Positions 1 to 10,057 of a DNA stretch of 64,000 nt are shown piece by piece. The notes under the pieces were generated by a model. It was not told the DNA's origin. It was given only the letters and a program-made list of their open reading frames with translations, and searched no databases. Both the position numbers and the translations under genes were made by a program. Position 1 is the stretch's first letter. The number at the start of each line of letters is the position of its first letter. The stretch spans positions 480,001 to 544,000 of the forward strand of contig CAXXNF010000001.1 in assembly GCA_963666365.2 (NCBI GenBank), read 5' to 3'. This DNA comes from Syntrophales bacterium (GTDB lineage Bacteria; Desulfobacterota; Syntrophia; Syntrophales; UBA2210).

Positions 1-928
1 CGATATGGCAACTATGTTTCTGGAGCTGCGGGCTCAGGGAATCGACGAAATGAATCTTACGCCGCTCCAGTACACCAGGCAAACGGAAACCAATGTGTTT
101 CGAAACAATTACAATAAATACAGATATCTTTCTTTCAGCTACACCTATCTCGGCTACAACCTGGAGAACCCGCTGTTTCAGGACAAACGGGTACGACAGG
201 CCATCAGCCACGCAATCAACAAGCAGGAAATCATTGAGGGCATACTCCTGGGATTGGGACAGGAAGCAACAGGTCCCTTCAAGCCGGGATCGTGGGTTTA
301 CAATCCCCATGTCAAGCGATACACCTATGACCCTAAAAAAGCGACAGATCTCCTTGCGCAATCTGGATGGCGCGACACCGATGGAGATGGCATCCTGGAT
401 CGCGACGGCACACCCTTCGCCTTTGAAATCATCACCAACCAGGGTAATGAGGTGCGGGCCAAATGCGCCGAAATTATGCAGCGCCGTCTTGCCGACATCG
501 GTCTTGCAGTCAAGATCCGAATTATCGAATGGGCCGCCTTCATCAACGAATTTATAAACAAGAAGCGCTTCGACGCCACAATCCTGGGCTGGACAATCAG
601 CATGGACCCCGATCTTTACGATGTATGGCATTCGAGCAAGACAAAACCGGGGGAGCTGAATTTTATATCCTTTAAGAATGATGAAATGGACGACCTTCTC
701 GAAAGGGGAAGAACCACCTTCGATCAAAAAGAAAGAAAAGTGTGTTACTCGCGAATACAGGAAATCCTTGCGGAGGAACAACCCTATACCTTCCTCTACG
801 TCCCCGACGCCCTTCCCATCGTCAACAGCCGCTTTCACGGCATCGAACCGGCGCCCATCGGCATCAGCTACAATATGATCAAATGGTACGTACCGAAAGG
901 ACAGCAGAAATATGTAATGACGAAGTAG
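1..928 (+). CDS. Peptide ABC transporter substrate-binding protein (family 5), 5' end outside window
   Basis: SBP_bac_5 motifs: LFQDKRVRQAISHAINKQEII, GWRDTDGDGILDRDG, YSRIQEILAEEQPYTFLY; starts mid-domain. Confidence 0.9.
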   Translation, partial: DMATMFLELRAQGIDEMNLTPLQYTRQTETNVFRNNYNKYRYLSFSYTYLGYNLENPLFQDKRVRQAISHAINKQEIIEGILLGLGQEATGPFKPGSWVYNPHVKRYTYDPKKATDLLAQSGWRDTDGDGILDRDGTPFAFEIITNQGNEVRAKCAEIMQRRLADIGLAVKIRIIEWAAFINEFINKKRFDATILGWTISMDPDLYDVWHSSKTKPGELNFISFKNDEMDDLLERGRTTFDQKERKVCYSRIQEILAEEQPYTFLYVPDALPIVNSRFHGIEPAPIGISYNMIKWYVPKGQQKYVMTK

Positions 929-1023
929 GAAAAGATAAAAAGCAGGAAGAGTAAGAAGTGTGTCATGCTTTTACTTTTCCTACTTTTAACCCTTTCTTAT
1001 CTTTCCCCCTTTTCTCACTTTCC

Positions 1024-2400
1024 CTACACCCTCAGGTTCCTGATCAGGAATTCCTTGAAGTCTTCATATCGGGCGGTCAGTTCAACGGGCACTCCCGTCC
1101 GTTCGTCCAGTCCTTGCATGCTTTCGGGCATTTCGGGCACGATGCCAAGGAGTGCGACGATTTCCTCGGGGAATTTTGCCGGATGAGCCGTCTCCAGAGA
1201 TACCGCAAGCGGAACATCTCGTCCTTTTTCACAATACAGTTCAAGACCACGCCACCCCACTGCACCGTGAGGCTCCAGAATTGTTCCGTACCGCTCATAG
1301 ACGCTCTTGATGCATTGCCGTGTCATCTCGTCCGTTACAGAAACGGAAAAAATGCGTTGACCCATCTCCTTGATGTCGGGCATGCGGTGCACCGTCCCTT
1401 TTCGATCCACCGTACCGCCGTAAAGTTCGAAAAATCGCGCCAGATTGCTGGGATGACCCACATTCATGGCATTTGAAAGACAGGCACGGGAGGGCGACAC
1501 TTTCTCATAACGCCCGGCGGCAAGAAAATTGGGAAACTCGTCGTTCTCGTTGGTCGGCATCACCAGTCTTTGCAGGGGAAGTCCCATTCTCCTCGCGTAT
1601 TCGCAGCCAAGGGCGTTGCCGAAATTTCCCGAGGGAACGGAAACAACGAGCTCCTCATTTTCATCGGCAAGCTGCGCATAGGCATAGACATAATACACCA
1701 TCTGAGGGAGAATCCTCCCGAAATTGATCGAGTTTGCCGACGTAAAATTGAGATAGGCGAGTTCCGGGTCGGTAAAGGCTTCTTTTACGAGATTCTGGCA
1801 GTCGTCAAATTTTCCATCAATGGAAACCGCCCTAACGTTTTCCCCAATGGTGTCGAGCTGCTTTTTCTGCCGACCGCTTACCTCGAGCCGGGGGTACAGT
1901 ATACACACATCGATCCCATCAACCCCCTTGAATGCCTCGCCCACGGCGCTTCCGGTATCGCCGGAGGTAGCGACCAGCACATTGAGCCTTGTTCCCCCGC
2001 CGTTGAAATAGCTCATGAGCCGCGCCATCATGCGGGCGGCAAAGTCCTTGAATGAAGCTGTCGGCCCCTGATCGAGACGCATTACATAGTGCCTGCCGAA
2101 GACACGCTCCAAAGGAACGTCGAAGGGATAGGAATCTTCGACAATGTGCTCAAGAACAGTGCGATCGATTTCATCATGAAGAAAGGCATAGGTTATCAGC
2201 AGGGCTGTTTCCTTGTAAGGCTTCCCCTTCAGGGCAAGAATATCCCTATGGGAGAGGTGGGGGATTCCATCGGGCATAAAAAGACCTTCATCGGGCGCCT
2301 GTCCCATAAGAAGGGCATCCTTGAAGCTGACGGCATCCCTGAACGGTGAAATCCCTGCACGGGATTCAAGATTTCTGTTGGTGCTGTAATATCGAATCAT
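1024..2400 (-). CDS. thrC: Threonine synthase
   Basis: PLP lysine motif GPTASFKDFAAR, ATSGDTG, SANSINFGR, VPSGNFGN, TAHPAKF. Confidence 0.95.
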   Translation of the reverse strand: MIRYYSTNRNLESRAGISPFRDAVSFKDALLMGQAPDEGLFMPDGIPHLSHRDILALKGKPYKETALLITYAFLHDEIDRTVLEHIVEDSYPFDVPLERVFGRHYVMRLDQGPTASFKDFAARMMARLMSYFNGGGTRLNVLVATSGDTGSAVGEAFKGVDGIDVCILYPRLEVSGRQKKQLDTIGENVRAVSIDGKFDDCQNLVKEAFTDPELAYLNFTSANSINFGRILPQMVYYVYAYAQLADENEELVVSVPSGNFGNALGCEYARRMGLPLQRLVMPTNENDEFPNFLAAGRYEKVSPSRACLSNAMNVGHPSNLARFFELYGGTVDRKGTVHRMPDIKEMGQRIFSVSVTDEMTRQCIKSVYERYGTILEPHGAVGWRGLELYCEKGRDVPLAVSLETAHPAKFPEEIVALLGIVPEMPESMQGLDERTGVPVELTARYEDFKEFLIRNLRV

Positions 2401-3335
2401 CCCTCGTTTCTTCCCCTTAACGGTTTCTGTTTCTCGAGGAATTTCAGGAACAGTGCATGGTGTCTTTTTATGGTAAACTGCTTTTTATAAATAAGATAAA
2501 AGTTCCTCTCGATGAAAGGCGCCGGAAGAGCCACCCGAGAAAGGATCCCCGCGTCCAGTTCTCTTTTTACCGCATGAATCGAGAGAATCGATACGCCCAG
2601 CCCTGCTGCTACGGCTTCCTTCACCGCCTCGGAACTTCCCAGTTCGCATACGACATTGAATTGCCCCAGTCCCTTTTTCACGGTCTCTTCCACGTGCGTC
2701 TCCAGTGACGCCCGTGTGGCGGAACCTCGTTCCCTCATCACAAAAGGTTCCTTTGTCACCTCATCCCAGGACACCTCTCTTCGTCCGCTCCAGGGGTGCC
2801 GTGCGGGAACGACGAGGATTATCTCATCTTCCCAGAGTGGCTCGGCAACAAGCTTCCGGCTTTTCACCTCTTTGCCCACAAAACCCAGCTCCGACTCTCC
2901 TTCAAGGACGCTGTCGATGACTGCGCCACTGTCGCCGGTGTGCACGAAACAGCAAATATCGGAATGCACCTGTCTGAAAGCGCTCAGAACGGGGGGAAGA
3001 AGATAGGTTGCCGGGATGGTGCTTGCGGCGATGGTTATTGTGCCGCTATCGAGCAATTGCAGGCGGGAAAGATGTTCCTCCGCTTCCCCGATATGCCTGA
3101 ATATTCGTTTGGCACAGTCGAGGAGGACTTTCCCCTCGGCGGTTACCTCGATGCCGGTATTCCTCCGCTCTACCACTCGGGAGCCGACAATATATTCCAT
3201 GTTTTGGATATGTTTAGAAAGAGAAGGCTGGGTCAGCCTCATCTTTTTCGCGGCACGGCTGAAGCTTCCCTCCTCGACAAGATGAAAGAGTGACTCCAGC
3301 TGCTGAATGGTAATCTGTCTCAATGGTCCGTTCAT
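2397..3335 (-). CDS. LysR-family regulator, divergent from selD
   Basis: HTH GSFSRAAKKMRLTQPSLSKHI plus CysL-like effector domain (REXGSATR, ELGSSEAVKEAV); start moved to ATG 3335; stop overlaps thrC start. Confidence 0.9.
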   Translation of the reverse strand: MNGPLRQITIQQLESLFHLVEEGSFSRAAKKMRLTQPSLSKHIQNMEYIVGSRVVERRNTGIEVTAEGKVLLDCAKRIFRHIGEAEEHLSRLQLLDSGTITIAASTIPATYLLPPVLSAFRQVHSDICCFVHTGDSGAVIDSVLEGESELGFVGKEVKSRKLVAEPLWEDEIILVVPARHPWSGRREVSWDEVTKEPFVMRERGSATRASLETHVEETVKKGLGQFNVVCELGSSEAVKEAVAAGLGVSILSIHAVKRELDAGILSRVALPAPFIERNFYLIYKKQFTIKRHHALFLKFLEKQKPLRGRNEG

Positions 3336-3535
3336 TTTGCTCACATACCACAGTAATTCCTTATAATCAATGATCATCCATAGAGATAATGCATTTGACA
3401 TATGCCCTCAATTTAGATAGGTTACGACCGTTCGAGCGTTGGGATCCTTATTGCCATTGCACACAAGGCAGAGACGCACCGTTCATTGCATCGGTAATAA
3501 AAATTATCTATAGGATCCAGAAAAAGGAAGCTCTC

Positions 3536-4588
3536 ATGGAGACATTGAAGACAATTCGCCTCACCGAAACGGTCCGGGGGGCCGGGTGAGCCTGTAAGAT
3601 CGGTCCGGGTGACCTGAATCGAGCATTATGCGGGCTTCCGCTTATGACTGATCCGAATTTAATTGCGGGAATCGAACACTGCGACGATGCAGGGGTTTAT
3701 AAAATAAACGACGATCTGGCCCTTATTCAGACCGTCGATTTCTTCACCCCTATCGTTGACGATCCCTACACCTTCGGACAGGTAGCGGTTGCGAATGCCC
3801 TATCCGATGTCTACGCCATGGGGGGAAAACCTTTAACGGCGCTGAATATCATCTGCTTTCCCATCAATACCATGGATATTTCCATACTCCACGAGGTGCT
3901 GAAGGGCGGCCTTCAGAAAATGCGCGAGGCGGGCGTTCTCCTCGTGGGAGGACACAGCGTTGAGGACAATGAAATTAAATACGGACTTTCCGTCACAGGA
4001 ACCATAGATCCCCGAAAAGTGCTTTTAAATCGGGGCGCCAGGGCGGGAGATATGCTTGTGCTCACCAAGCCCATAGGAACAGGCATTATCAATACGGCGC
4101 TGAAGGCAAAAATGGTCCCGGACGCACTGGTTGAAAAGGCAATACACTCTATGGCGGAACTCAACAAAGGGGCCGCCGAACTTATGAACTCATGCATGCA
4201 TGTCCACGCCTGCACCGATGTCACGGGTTTCGGCCTTCTGGGTCATGCCGCCGAGATGATCGAGGAAAGTGACGTAGGAATCGTGATATTTGCGAACCGG
4301 ATTCCTCTCTTTACGGAAATCAAAGATTTTGCGGAAATGGGAATTCTTCCCGGCGGTCTCCACCGCAACAGAAAATTCAGAGAGTCCATGGTGGAGCAAA
4401 AACCAACCTGCCCTGACTGGATCATGGATGCTCTTTACGATCCACAGACCTCAGGGGGCCTGCTCTTTTCATTGCCCAGGTCCGAAGCCGAGCCCCTGAT
4501 CAAAGCAATGCACAACGACGGAATTAGACACGCCGCTATTATCGGGGAGATAGTGCCGGAACCCAGGGGAAGAATCATTGTTAAATAG
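3536..4588 (+). CDS. selD: Selenide, water dikinase SelD; selenoprotein with Sec at TGA 3587-3589
   Basis: ATG 3536 after AAGGAAG; METLKTIRLTETVRGAG-U-ACKIGPGDL continues in frame into the 3644-4588 ORF (DDAGVY, QTVDFFTP, GGHS, TDVTGFGLLGH, DPQTSGGLL). Confidence 0.95.
3590..3620 (+). promoter_or_regulatory. Candidate SECIS of selD
   Basis: GGTC-CGGGT-GACC hairpin at 3602-3614; loop begins 16 nt after the UGA with G in second position. Confidence 0.65.
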
Positions 4589-4641
4589 AAAAAAGACTGA
4601 GTGATTTCAGGGTGTGATAAAAAAGCAGGCCGCGGTTTATG

Positions 4642-4683
4642 GGCGATAGGTTGCGGTTCTTAAAGAAAGAGCACCCTATCGCC
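4642..4683. terminator. Hairpin between convergent selD and zinc-ribbon gene
   Basis: GGCGATAGG ... CCTATCGCC inverted repeat. Confidence 0.45.
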
Positions 4684-4703
4684 GATCGCCTATGATCTGT
4701 CAT

Positions 4704-4994
4704 CTAAGTTTCGCTCTTGCTCTCCGAGGACGTTGCAGAGACTTCGCTCTTCTTGCCCGCTTCGACGGCTGCCGAGTCTTCAGCCTGCGCCTTTTCGGCA
4801 ATGTTTGAAGGTTTCTTCCCGCCGTAATCGGTTACGTACCATCCCGACCCTTTCAAATGAAAGGATGAGAGTGACATTAATTTGTTCACTTTCCCCTTGC
4901 AAAACTTGCAGGCCGTAACCGCCGGATCGCTGATACCCTGAAATACTTCGAATTCCTTCCCGCATTTTTCGCACTTGTACTCATAAATAGGCAT
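4704..4994 (-). CDS. FmdB-family zinc-ribbon protein
   Basis: MPIYEYKCEKC...CKFC...SSFHLKGSGWYVTDY. Confidence 0.9.
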   Translation of the reverse strand: MPIYEYKCEKCGKEFEVFQGISDPAVTACKFCKGKVNKLMSLSSFHLKGSGWYVTDYGGKKPSNIAEKAQAEDSAAVEAGKKSEVSATSSESKSET

Positions 4995-5024
4995 AGAAAT
5001 CGTCCTCCGCCATAGTAATATAGT

Positions 5025-5570
5025 TCAATTTAAAAGCCGCTCCTCCTCGGAAAATATATCTCCGATATGAAAGCGATCATTAAAACAATCTATCACGAGT
5101 TTCATTTCGCTCGTTGCAACAGGCCGCAGAATACTTCGCGTTATCGAATGAACCTTCTCTTCCTCTATTATCTTTTCTTCCAGAGGCGCGTCGAATTCGA
5201 TTTCACCCCCGTTGAACCGCGCCACATGCACTAGCTCATGTATGGCAATATACAACATCAACGGCGCGAGCTTGATGAAGGAGTTGCTCCGCTTTACCGC
5301 GTGCAGAATCCGGTCATCCTGAAGACAGACTTTGAAAAAATAAAAATTGTCAGGATGGTCGGCCTCGCCGTTTTTCTGATAATAGTAACGGCAAAGATGT
5401 GCGAAGGCTCGGTCGTTGATTTCGTGATCTTCAAGATCACGGCGGGTTTTCACTTCGTATTTATTATTTTTGAACCCGCCCCAGCCGAGGTGAAAATACT
5501 GTTCGGTCAGCTTTTCCGCCTGGCCGAATGACCAGCCGATCGTCGATATCTGTTCCGGACTGAAGTGCAT
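5025..5570 (-). CDS. Hypothetical protein with HExxH motif (possible zinc metallopeptidase fold)
   Basis: YIAIHELVHVARF followed by an acidic EEE segment. Confidence 0.6.
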   Translation of the reverse strand: MHFSPEQISTIGWSFGQAEKLTEQYFHLGWGGFKNNKYEVKTRRDLEDHEINDRAFAHLCRYYYQKNGEADHPDNFYFFKVCLQDDRILHAVKRSNSFIKLAPLMLYIAIHELVHVARFNGGEIEFDAPLEEKIIEEEKVHSITRSILRPVATSEMKLVIDCFNDRFHIGDIFSEEERLLN

Positions 5571-5744
5571 ACCACATCGACCATCTATTCTTTCTTCAGC
5601 CGTAATATATACATTATTCTTCTCATGTCAAGAGCTAAAAAATGTAGGAAAAGTCTAATAAGTTAAAACGTTAGAAAAGCAAAACGCCATACACTCTTCA
5701 TACTTTTCTCACTTTTTTAACTTTTCTGACTTTGTGTACTTTCT

Positions 5745-7274
5745 TTACTTCGGCATCGGGAGACTCGAGAGGAGGTACTTCAGGTCTTCATCCTCGAAAA
5801 TGATGGACAGCCCCACAAAGGGGGATTCATTTCCCCCGTTGTTAATGAAATCGTCCCACCCCGCCGTGAGATAGACATGCTTGAAAAGCCGATAATCGGC
5901 ATATATCTTCAGGTGGGCATTACGATCATCGTCAAAATCGAAGGCCTCGAAGGTACACTTCAATTTGTCGTCAAGCGCGAAAAAGTCCATGCCGACACCA
6001 CCGGTAGATTCAAAAAATCCTCCCCGGAGGGCCACGTCCTTGAAGCGCTTTCCGATCTGTGCGTTAATCAGCAGGCCGCTTTTGTCGTATTCCTCATATC
6101 TTGTGGTCACACCGCCTACTGTCCTGTCGGTAACGGTCCTTCTGCCTCTGGGATCGGATACCGCACCCAGAATATAAAACATGTCTTCCCGGGGGTGAAT
6201 TCTCAGATTCACATAGCTCTTGGCGTTGCTTTTATCAACGAGGTATTCTCCCCGATAGGAAAGGAACGTACGCAACCGCTCAGCCCGTGAAATGTACCGT
6301 TCGATCCCCCCCATGCTTTTGTCGATGCTCTTCAATCCGGCGTTTAAATTGTTTACGGTCTCCTCATCATTGACCAGTTTACCGACGGTCCCCTCACCGG
6401 CATTGATCCTTCCCGTAATTTCACCCAGATAGGCCAGTGTCCGGTCAAGATTGTCGAAGAGGTCATCATTTGACACCAGTTTGCCGATGGTCCCTTCTCC
6501 CCTGTTTACCCGTTCGGCAATTTTATTCAGTGAAGATATCGTTTTGTTAAGATTGTCAAAGACTTCCCTGTTTTCAACCAACTGACCGATGGTCCCCTGC
6601 CCTCGGTTGATCTTGTCCGTGATTTCGCTCAGCGACGCAAAGGTCCTCTGCATCGATATCGATGCCTCATTCAAGTTAGTAACGAGGATATCGATTTTTT
6701 CGTCATTCTGTGCAACCACGCGGTTTAAATTTTCACTGAGTTCTTTCGTATTCCGGACAATGGCCGCCATATTGGCTTGTCCCTCTTCGCCGCTCAGCAC
6801 CTTTTTCAGGGAGGACGTCACAGCCATGACGTCGTTTGCAATAGTGCCCAATTCACGCATGAGTTTGTCGAGATCGGCCTGCGACTCCACCCGGGCTATC
6901 GTGCCGCCTTCTTCAATATACCCCTTTTCCCCCGTACCGGGTGCGATTTCGATGTATTTATCGCCCAGTATGCCATGGGTCTTGATCGATGCGATAACAT
7001 CCCTCTCCAGTTTTACGCCGGGAAGAATTCTCATGGTCACCTGCGCCCTGCCGTCTTTCAAGCCGATTTCATCAATCCGTCCCACTTCGACGCCGGCGAT
7101 CTGAACCGAGGCGTCCCGCTCGAGACCGGAGGCATTTTCGAAACTGACCGTCACGAGATACCCCTTTTTCAACCCGAAGCCATATTCGCCGACACGGAAG
7201 GACATATAGGCCAGAATGACCAGCGCCACCAGGACAAAGAGACCGACCTTCGCTTCAGTACTTATTGAACCCAT
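5745..7274 (-). CDS. MlaD/MCE-family protein with helical repeats and C-terminal beta-rich domain
   Basis: N-terminal TM, MCE domain (ASGLERDASVQIAGVEVGRI, GILGDKYIEI), three GxGT(I/V)G(K/Q)LV repeats. Confidence 0.9.
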   Translation of the reverse strand: MGSISTEAKVGLFVLVALVILAYMSFRVGEYGFGLKKGYLVTVSFENASGLERDASVQIAGVEVGRIDEIGLKDGRAQVTMRILPGVKLERDVIASIKTHGILGDKYIEIAPGTGEKGYIEEGGTIARVESQADLDKLMRELGTIANDVMAVTSSLKKVLSGEEGQANMAAIVRNTKELSENLNRVVAQNDEKIDILVTNLNEASISMQRTFASLSEITDKINRGQGTIGQLVENREVFDNLNKTISSLNKIAERVNRGEGTIGKLVSNDDLFDNLDRTLAYLGEITGRINAGEGTVGKLVNDEETVNNLNAGLKSIDKSMGGIERYISRAERLRTFLSYRGEYLVDKSNAKSYVNLRIHPREDMFYILGAVSDPRGRRTVTDRTVGGVTTRYEEYDKSGLLINAQIGKRFKDVALRGGFFESTGGVGMDFFALDDKLKCTFEAFDFDDDRNAHLKIYADYRLFKHVYLTAGWDDFINNGGNESPFVGLSIIFEDEDLKYLLSSLPMPK

Positions 7275-7371
7275 TGAATCCCCCATTCATCACAAAACCA
7301 GCTATGTATATCATCGATAATATAATAAAATTCCTCGGCCGTCGATCTTCAGCCTCAACCCGTTGCCTTTT

Positions 7372-8127
7372 TCACATCACGCTGATGGGTCCCTCCAAAC
7401 TCCCCGTCAGAAACTGTTTGATTACGGGATTATCCGATTTTTTCATCTCTGCTGGAGTCCCTTGGGCAATGATCTTCCCATCATAGAGCATGGCAACCCG
7501 GTGCGCCACGGAGAAAATCGATTTGATATCATGACTGATCACCACACAGGTAAGGTTGAATTTCCTCTGCGTATCGAAAATCAGTGTGTCGATGGCTTCC
7601 GTCATGACCGGATCGAGACCGGTGGTAGGCTCATCGAAAAGGACGATGCGAGGCTCGATAGCGAGAGCGCGGGCGAGTCCAACCCGTTTTTTCATCCCGC
7701 CGGAAAGCTCCGAAGGCATCTTCTCTTCAATCCCCGAAAGCCCCACATCGTGAAGACGCTCCCTCACAATTTCGCGGATTTCAGCCTCTTTTTTCATAGT
7801 ATGCTCCCGCAGCGGGAAGGCCACGTTTTCCAGCACGTTCATGGAATCGAACAGCGCCGCTTCCTGAAAGAGCATGCCAAATTTCTTTCGCACTTCGTTC
7901 AGGTTTTTGTCATTCATCCGGGTAATATCACTGCCATCAACCACAACCTGTCCCCGTTCCGGTTTCAGAAGACCGATCATGTGTTTCAGAAGTACGCTTT
8001 TTCCGCCGCCGCTTCTGCCGATAATAATGGTCGTCATACCGTCCCCTATGGTAAGATTCAGACCATCCAGAACCTTCTGCCGTCCGAAGGATTTGTGTAT
8101 GTCGATCAGTTCTATCATACATTCCAC
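7372..8127 (-). CDS. MlaF-like ABC ATPase
   Basis: Walker A GRSGGGKS, MLFQEAALFDS, LSGGMKKRVGLARA, DEPTTGLDP. Confidence 0.92.
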   Translation of the reverse strand: MECMIELIDIHKSFGRQKVLDGLNLTIGDGMTTIIIGRSGGGKSVLLKHMIGLLKPERGQVVVDGSDITRMNDKNLNEVRKKFGMLFQEAALFDSMNVLENVAFPLREHTMKKEAEIREIVRERLHDVGLSGIEEKMPSELSGGMKKRVGLARALAIEPRIVLFDEPTTGLDPVMTEAIDTLIFDTQRKFNLTCVVISHDIKSIFSVAHRVAMLYDGKIIAQGTPAEMKKSDNPVIKQFLTGSLEGPISVM

Positions 8128-8134
8128 TTGCCCT

Positions 8135-8953
8135 TCAAAACATGAGGGCCGTCAGAAAATAATCGCTGATGAGTATGGTAATGGAGGAAATAACCACGGC
8201 CTCGGTGGTGGCCTTCCCCACCCCTTCGGCGCCGCCGATGGTGGTGAATCCCTTGTAACATCCGATGAACGAAAGAATGAGACCGAAGACCGCCGCCTTG
8301 ATCAACCCGTTATAGATATCCCCCAGATCCACGAATTTGGGTATATTTTTAACAAACATCCCCTTGTTGATATCGAGAAGCACCACTCCTACAAAATAGG
8401 AGCCTACTATTCCCACGAAATCCGATACGACGGTGAGCGCCGGAAGCATGACAACGCCGGCCAGGACTCTCGGCACAATAAGGTGTTTTACGGGGTTGGC
8501 CGCCATGACATAGAGCGCATCGATCTGTTCGGTCACCTTCATGGTGCCCAGTTCGGCGGCCATTGCCGAACCGGCCCGGGCTGTCACCATGAGCGAGGTC
8601 AACACCGGTCCAAGCTCGCGTGTCATGGCAAGCGCCACGGTGGAACCGACCAGGCTTTCGGCGCTGAACATGCGAAATCCATAATATCCCTGCAAGGTCA
8701 TCACCATACCGGTAAAAAGTCCCGTCAGCACCACTACAAAAATCGACTTTACCCCCACGAACTCAATCTGTTTGAAAATGTGACGCAGCTTGAGAGGCGG
8801 CCGCACCGTCCAGCTGAGAACGGACAGAAAAAGAATCAGCATGCGTCCCATCTCCTCCACCACATGGAGTACGGAACGGCCAAAACTGTCGATAAGGGCG
8901 ATAACACTCCTCATGATCCACCACGGATTGGAGCCGCCATACCCCATATCCAC
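8135..8953 (-). CDS. MlaE-family ABC permease
   Basis: RELGPVLTSLMVTARAGSAMAAELGTMKVTEQIDAL; GAEGVGKATTEAVV; start uncertain. Confidence 0.92.
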   Translation of the reverse strand: MDMGYGGSNPWWIMRSVIALIDSFGRSVLHVVEEMGRMLILFLSVLSWTVRPPLKLRHIFKQIEFVGVKSIFVVVLTGLFTGMVMTLQGYYGFRMFSAESLVGSTVALAMTRELGPVLTSLMVTARAGSAMAAELGTMKVTEQIDALYVMAANPVKHLIVPRVLAGVVMLPALTVVSDFVGIVGSYFVGVVLLDINKGMFVKNIPKFVDLGDIYNGLIKAAVFGLILSFIGCYKGFTTIGGAEGVGKATTEAVVISSITILISDYFLTALMF

Positions 8954-8977
8954 TGAACGGGGCGTCGGTTGTGCATA

Positions 8978-10057
8978 TTACAGCGGTCCCTTCTTCGCGC
9001 CGTGCGCCTCGAATGAATATTGAATGATCCGGTCCATCAATTCCGCCTGGTTGATGCCGGAAGCGGCGGCCTGATGAAACAGCACCGTCGAGGGCGTCAT
9101 CCCGGGAAGGCTGTTTGGTTCCAGCACCACAACGGCGCCGTCGGACTTGACAAACATATCGATGCGGGCGTAAACCTTCAAGCCCAGCGCCTGAAAGGTT
9201 TGAACCGCGACCTCCCGAATACGGGACAGCGTTTCTCCAGGGAGGCGGGCAGGTGTCTTGTTTTCACCCTGGCCATAAAGGAACTTGTCTTCCAGTGAAA
9301 GGACTTCCGCGGTGGGTATCGTTTCCGAAGGAGTCAATGCCAGGGGACGTTCGTTGCCGATTACCCCGCAAGTCACTTCCATGCCTTCAAGAAACTCCTC
9401 TACCAGGGCTTCACGGTCCCATGCGAAGGCGTTTTGGAGGGCATTCCCCAGATCATCGGGCGACGCCACCTTTGCCACTGCGGTGCTGCACCCCTCCCGA
9501 GAGGGCTTCACCACACAGGGATATCCGATCTCCCCCTCGATACGCTCCTGCAACACCGCGGCATTCCTGTCCCATTCCGACAGGGCAACGGCTACCGTTT
9601 TTGGTACATCGATGCCTGCAATCGCAAGCACCCTTCGTGAAACTTTTTTGTCCATTCCGAGCGCCGAGGCCAGAACCCCGGACCCGACATAGGGGATGTG
9701 CAACAGTTCCAGAAGTCCTTGAAAGCACCCGTCCTCGCCGTACTTTCCGTGAAGACCGATGTAGACGATATCGACGGCCTGCGCCAGCTCTTCGTAAGGG
9801 ATTCTCAGTGCCTCCTCCTCCAGATCCGCCTCTATATCGGCGGTGGAGTTTCGCATAATAAGTTTAAACGGTATACGCCAGAGGCGCCCTTTTCCATCCA
9901 TGAAAATGGGCACACATTCGTACGCGCCTTTGGGCAGCTTACTGAAGATGTTGCGCCCGCTTTCAAGAGATATTTCCTTTTCCGAGGAAATTCCCCCCAT
10001 TACGATCCCCACTTTGATCGGGATCGACAGTGTTCTTTCCTTGTGTTCCTGCGTCAT
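8978..10057 (-). CDS. ddl: D-alanine--D-alanine ligase family protein (paralog B)
   Basis: GGISSEKEISLESG, LHGKYGEDG, GMDK, KPSREGCS, RIDMF, EPNSLPGM. Confidence 0.9.
   Translation of the reverse strand: MTQEHKERTLSIPIKVGIVMGGISSEKEISLESGRNIFSKLPKGAYECVPIFMDGKGRLWRIPFKLIMRNSTADIEADLEEEALRIPYEELAQAVDIVYIGLHGKYGEDGCFQGLLELLHIPYVGSGVLASALGMDKKVSRRVLAIAGIDVPKTVAVALSEWDRNAAVLQERIEGEIGYPCVVKPSREGCSTAVAKVASPDDLGNALQNAFAWDREALVEEFLEGMEVTCGVIGNERPLALTPSETIPTAEVLSLEDKFLYGQGENKTPARLPGETLSRIREVAVQTFQALGLKVYARIDMFVKSDGAVVVLEPNSLPGMTPSTVLFHQAAASGINQAELMDRIIQYSFEAHGAKKGPL

Noticed and set aside
7363..8956. Long plus-strand ORFs opposite the mla genes (similar cases at 14448-15668 and 59389-60279)
   Set aside because: Antisense shadows of well-supported genes with no recognisable motifs.
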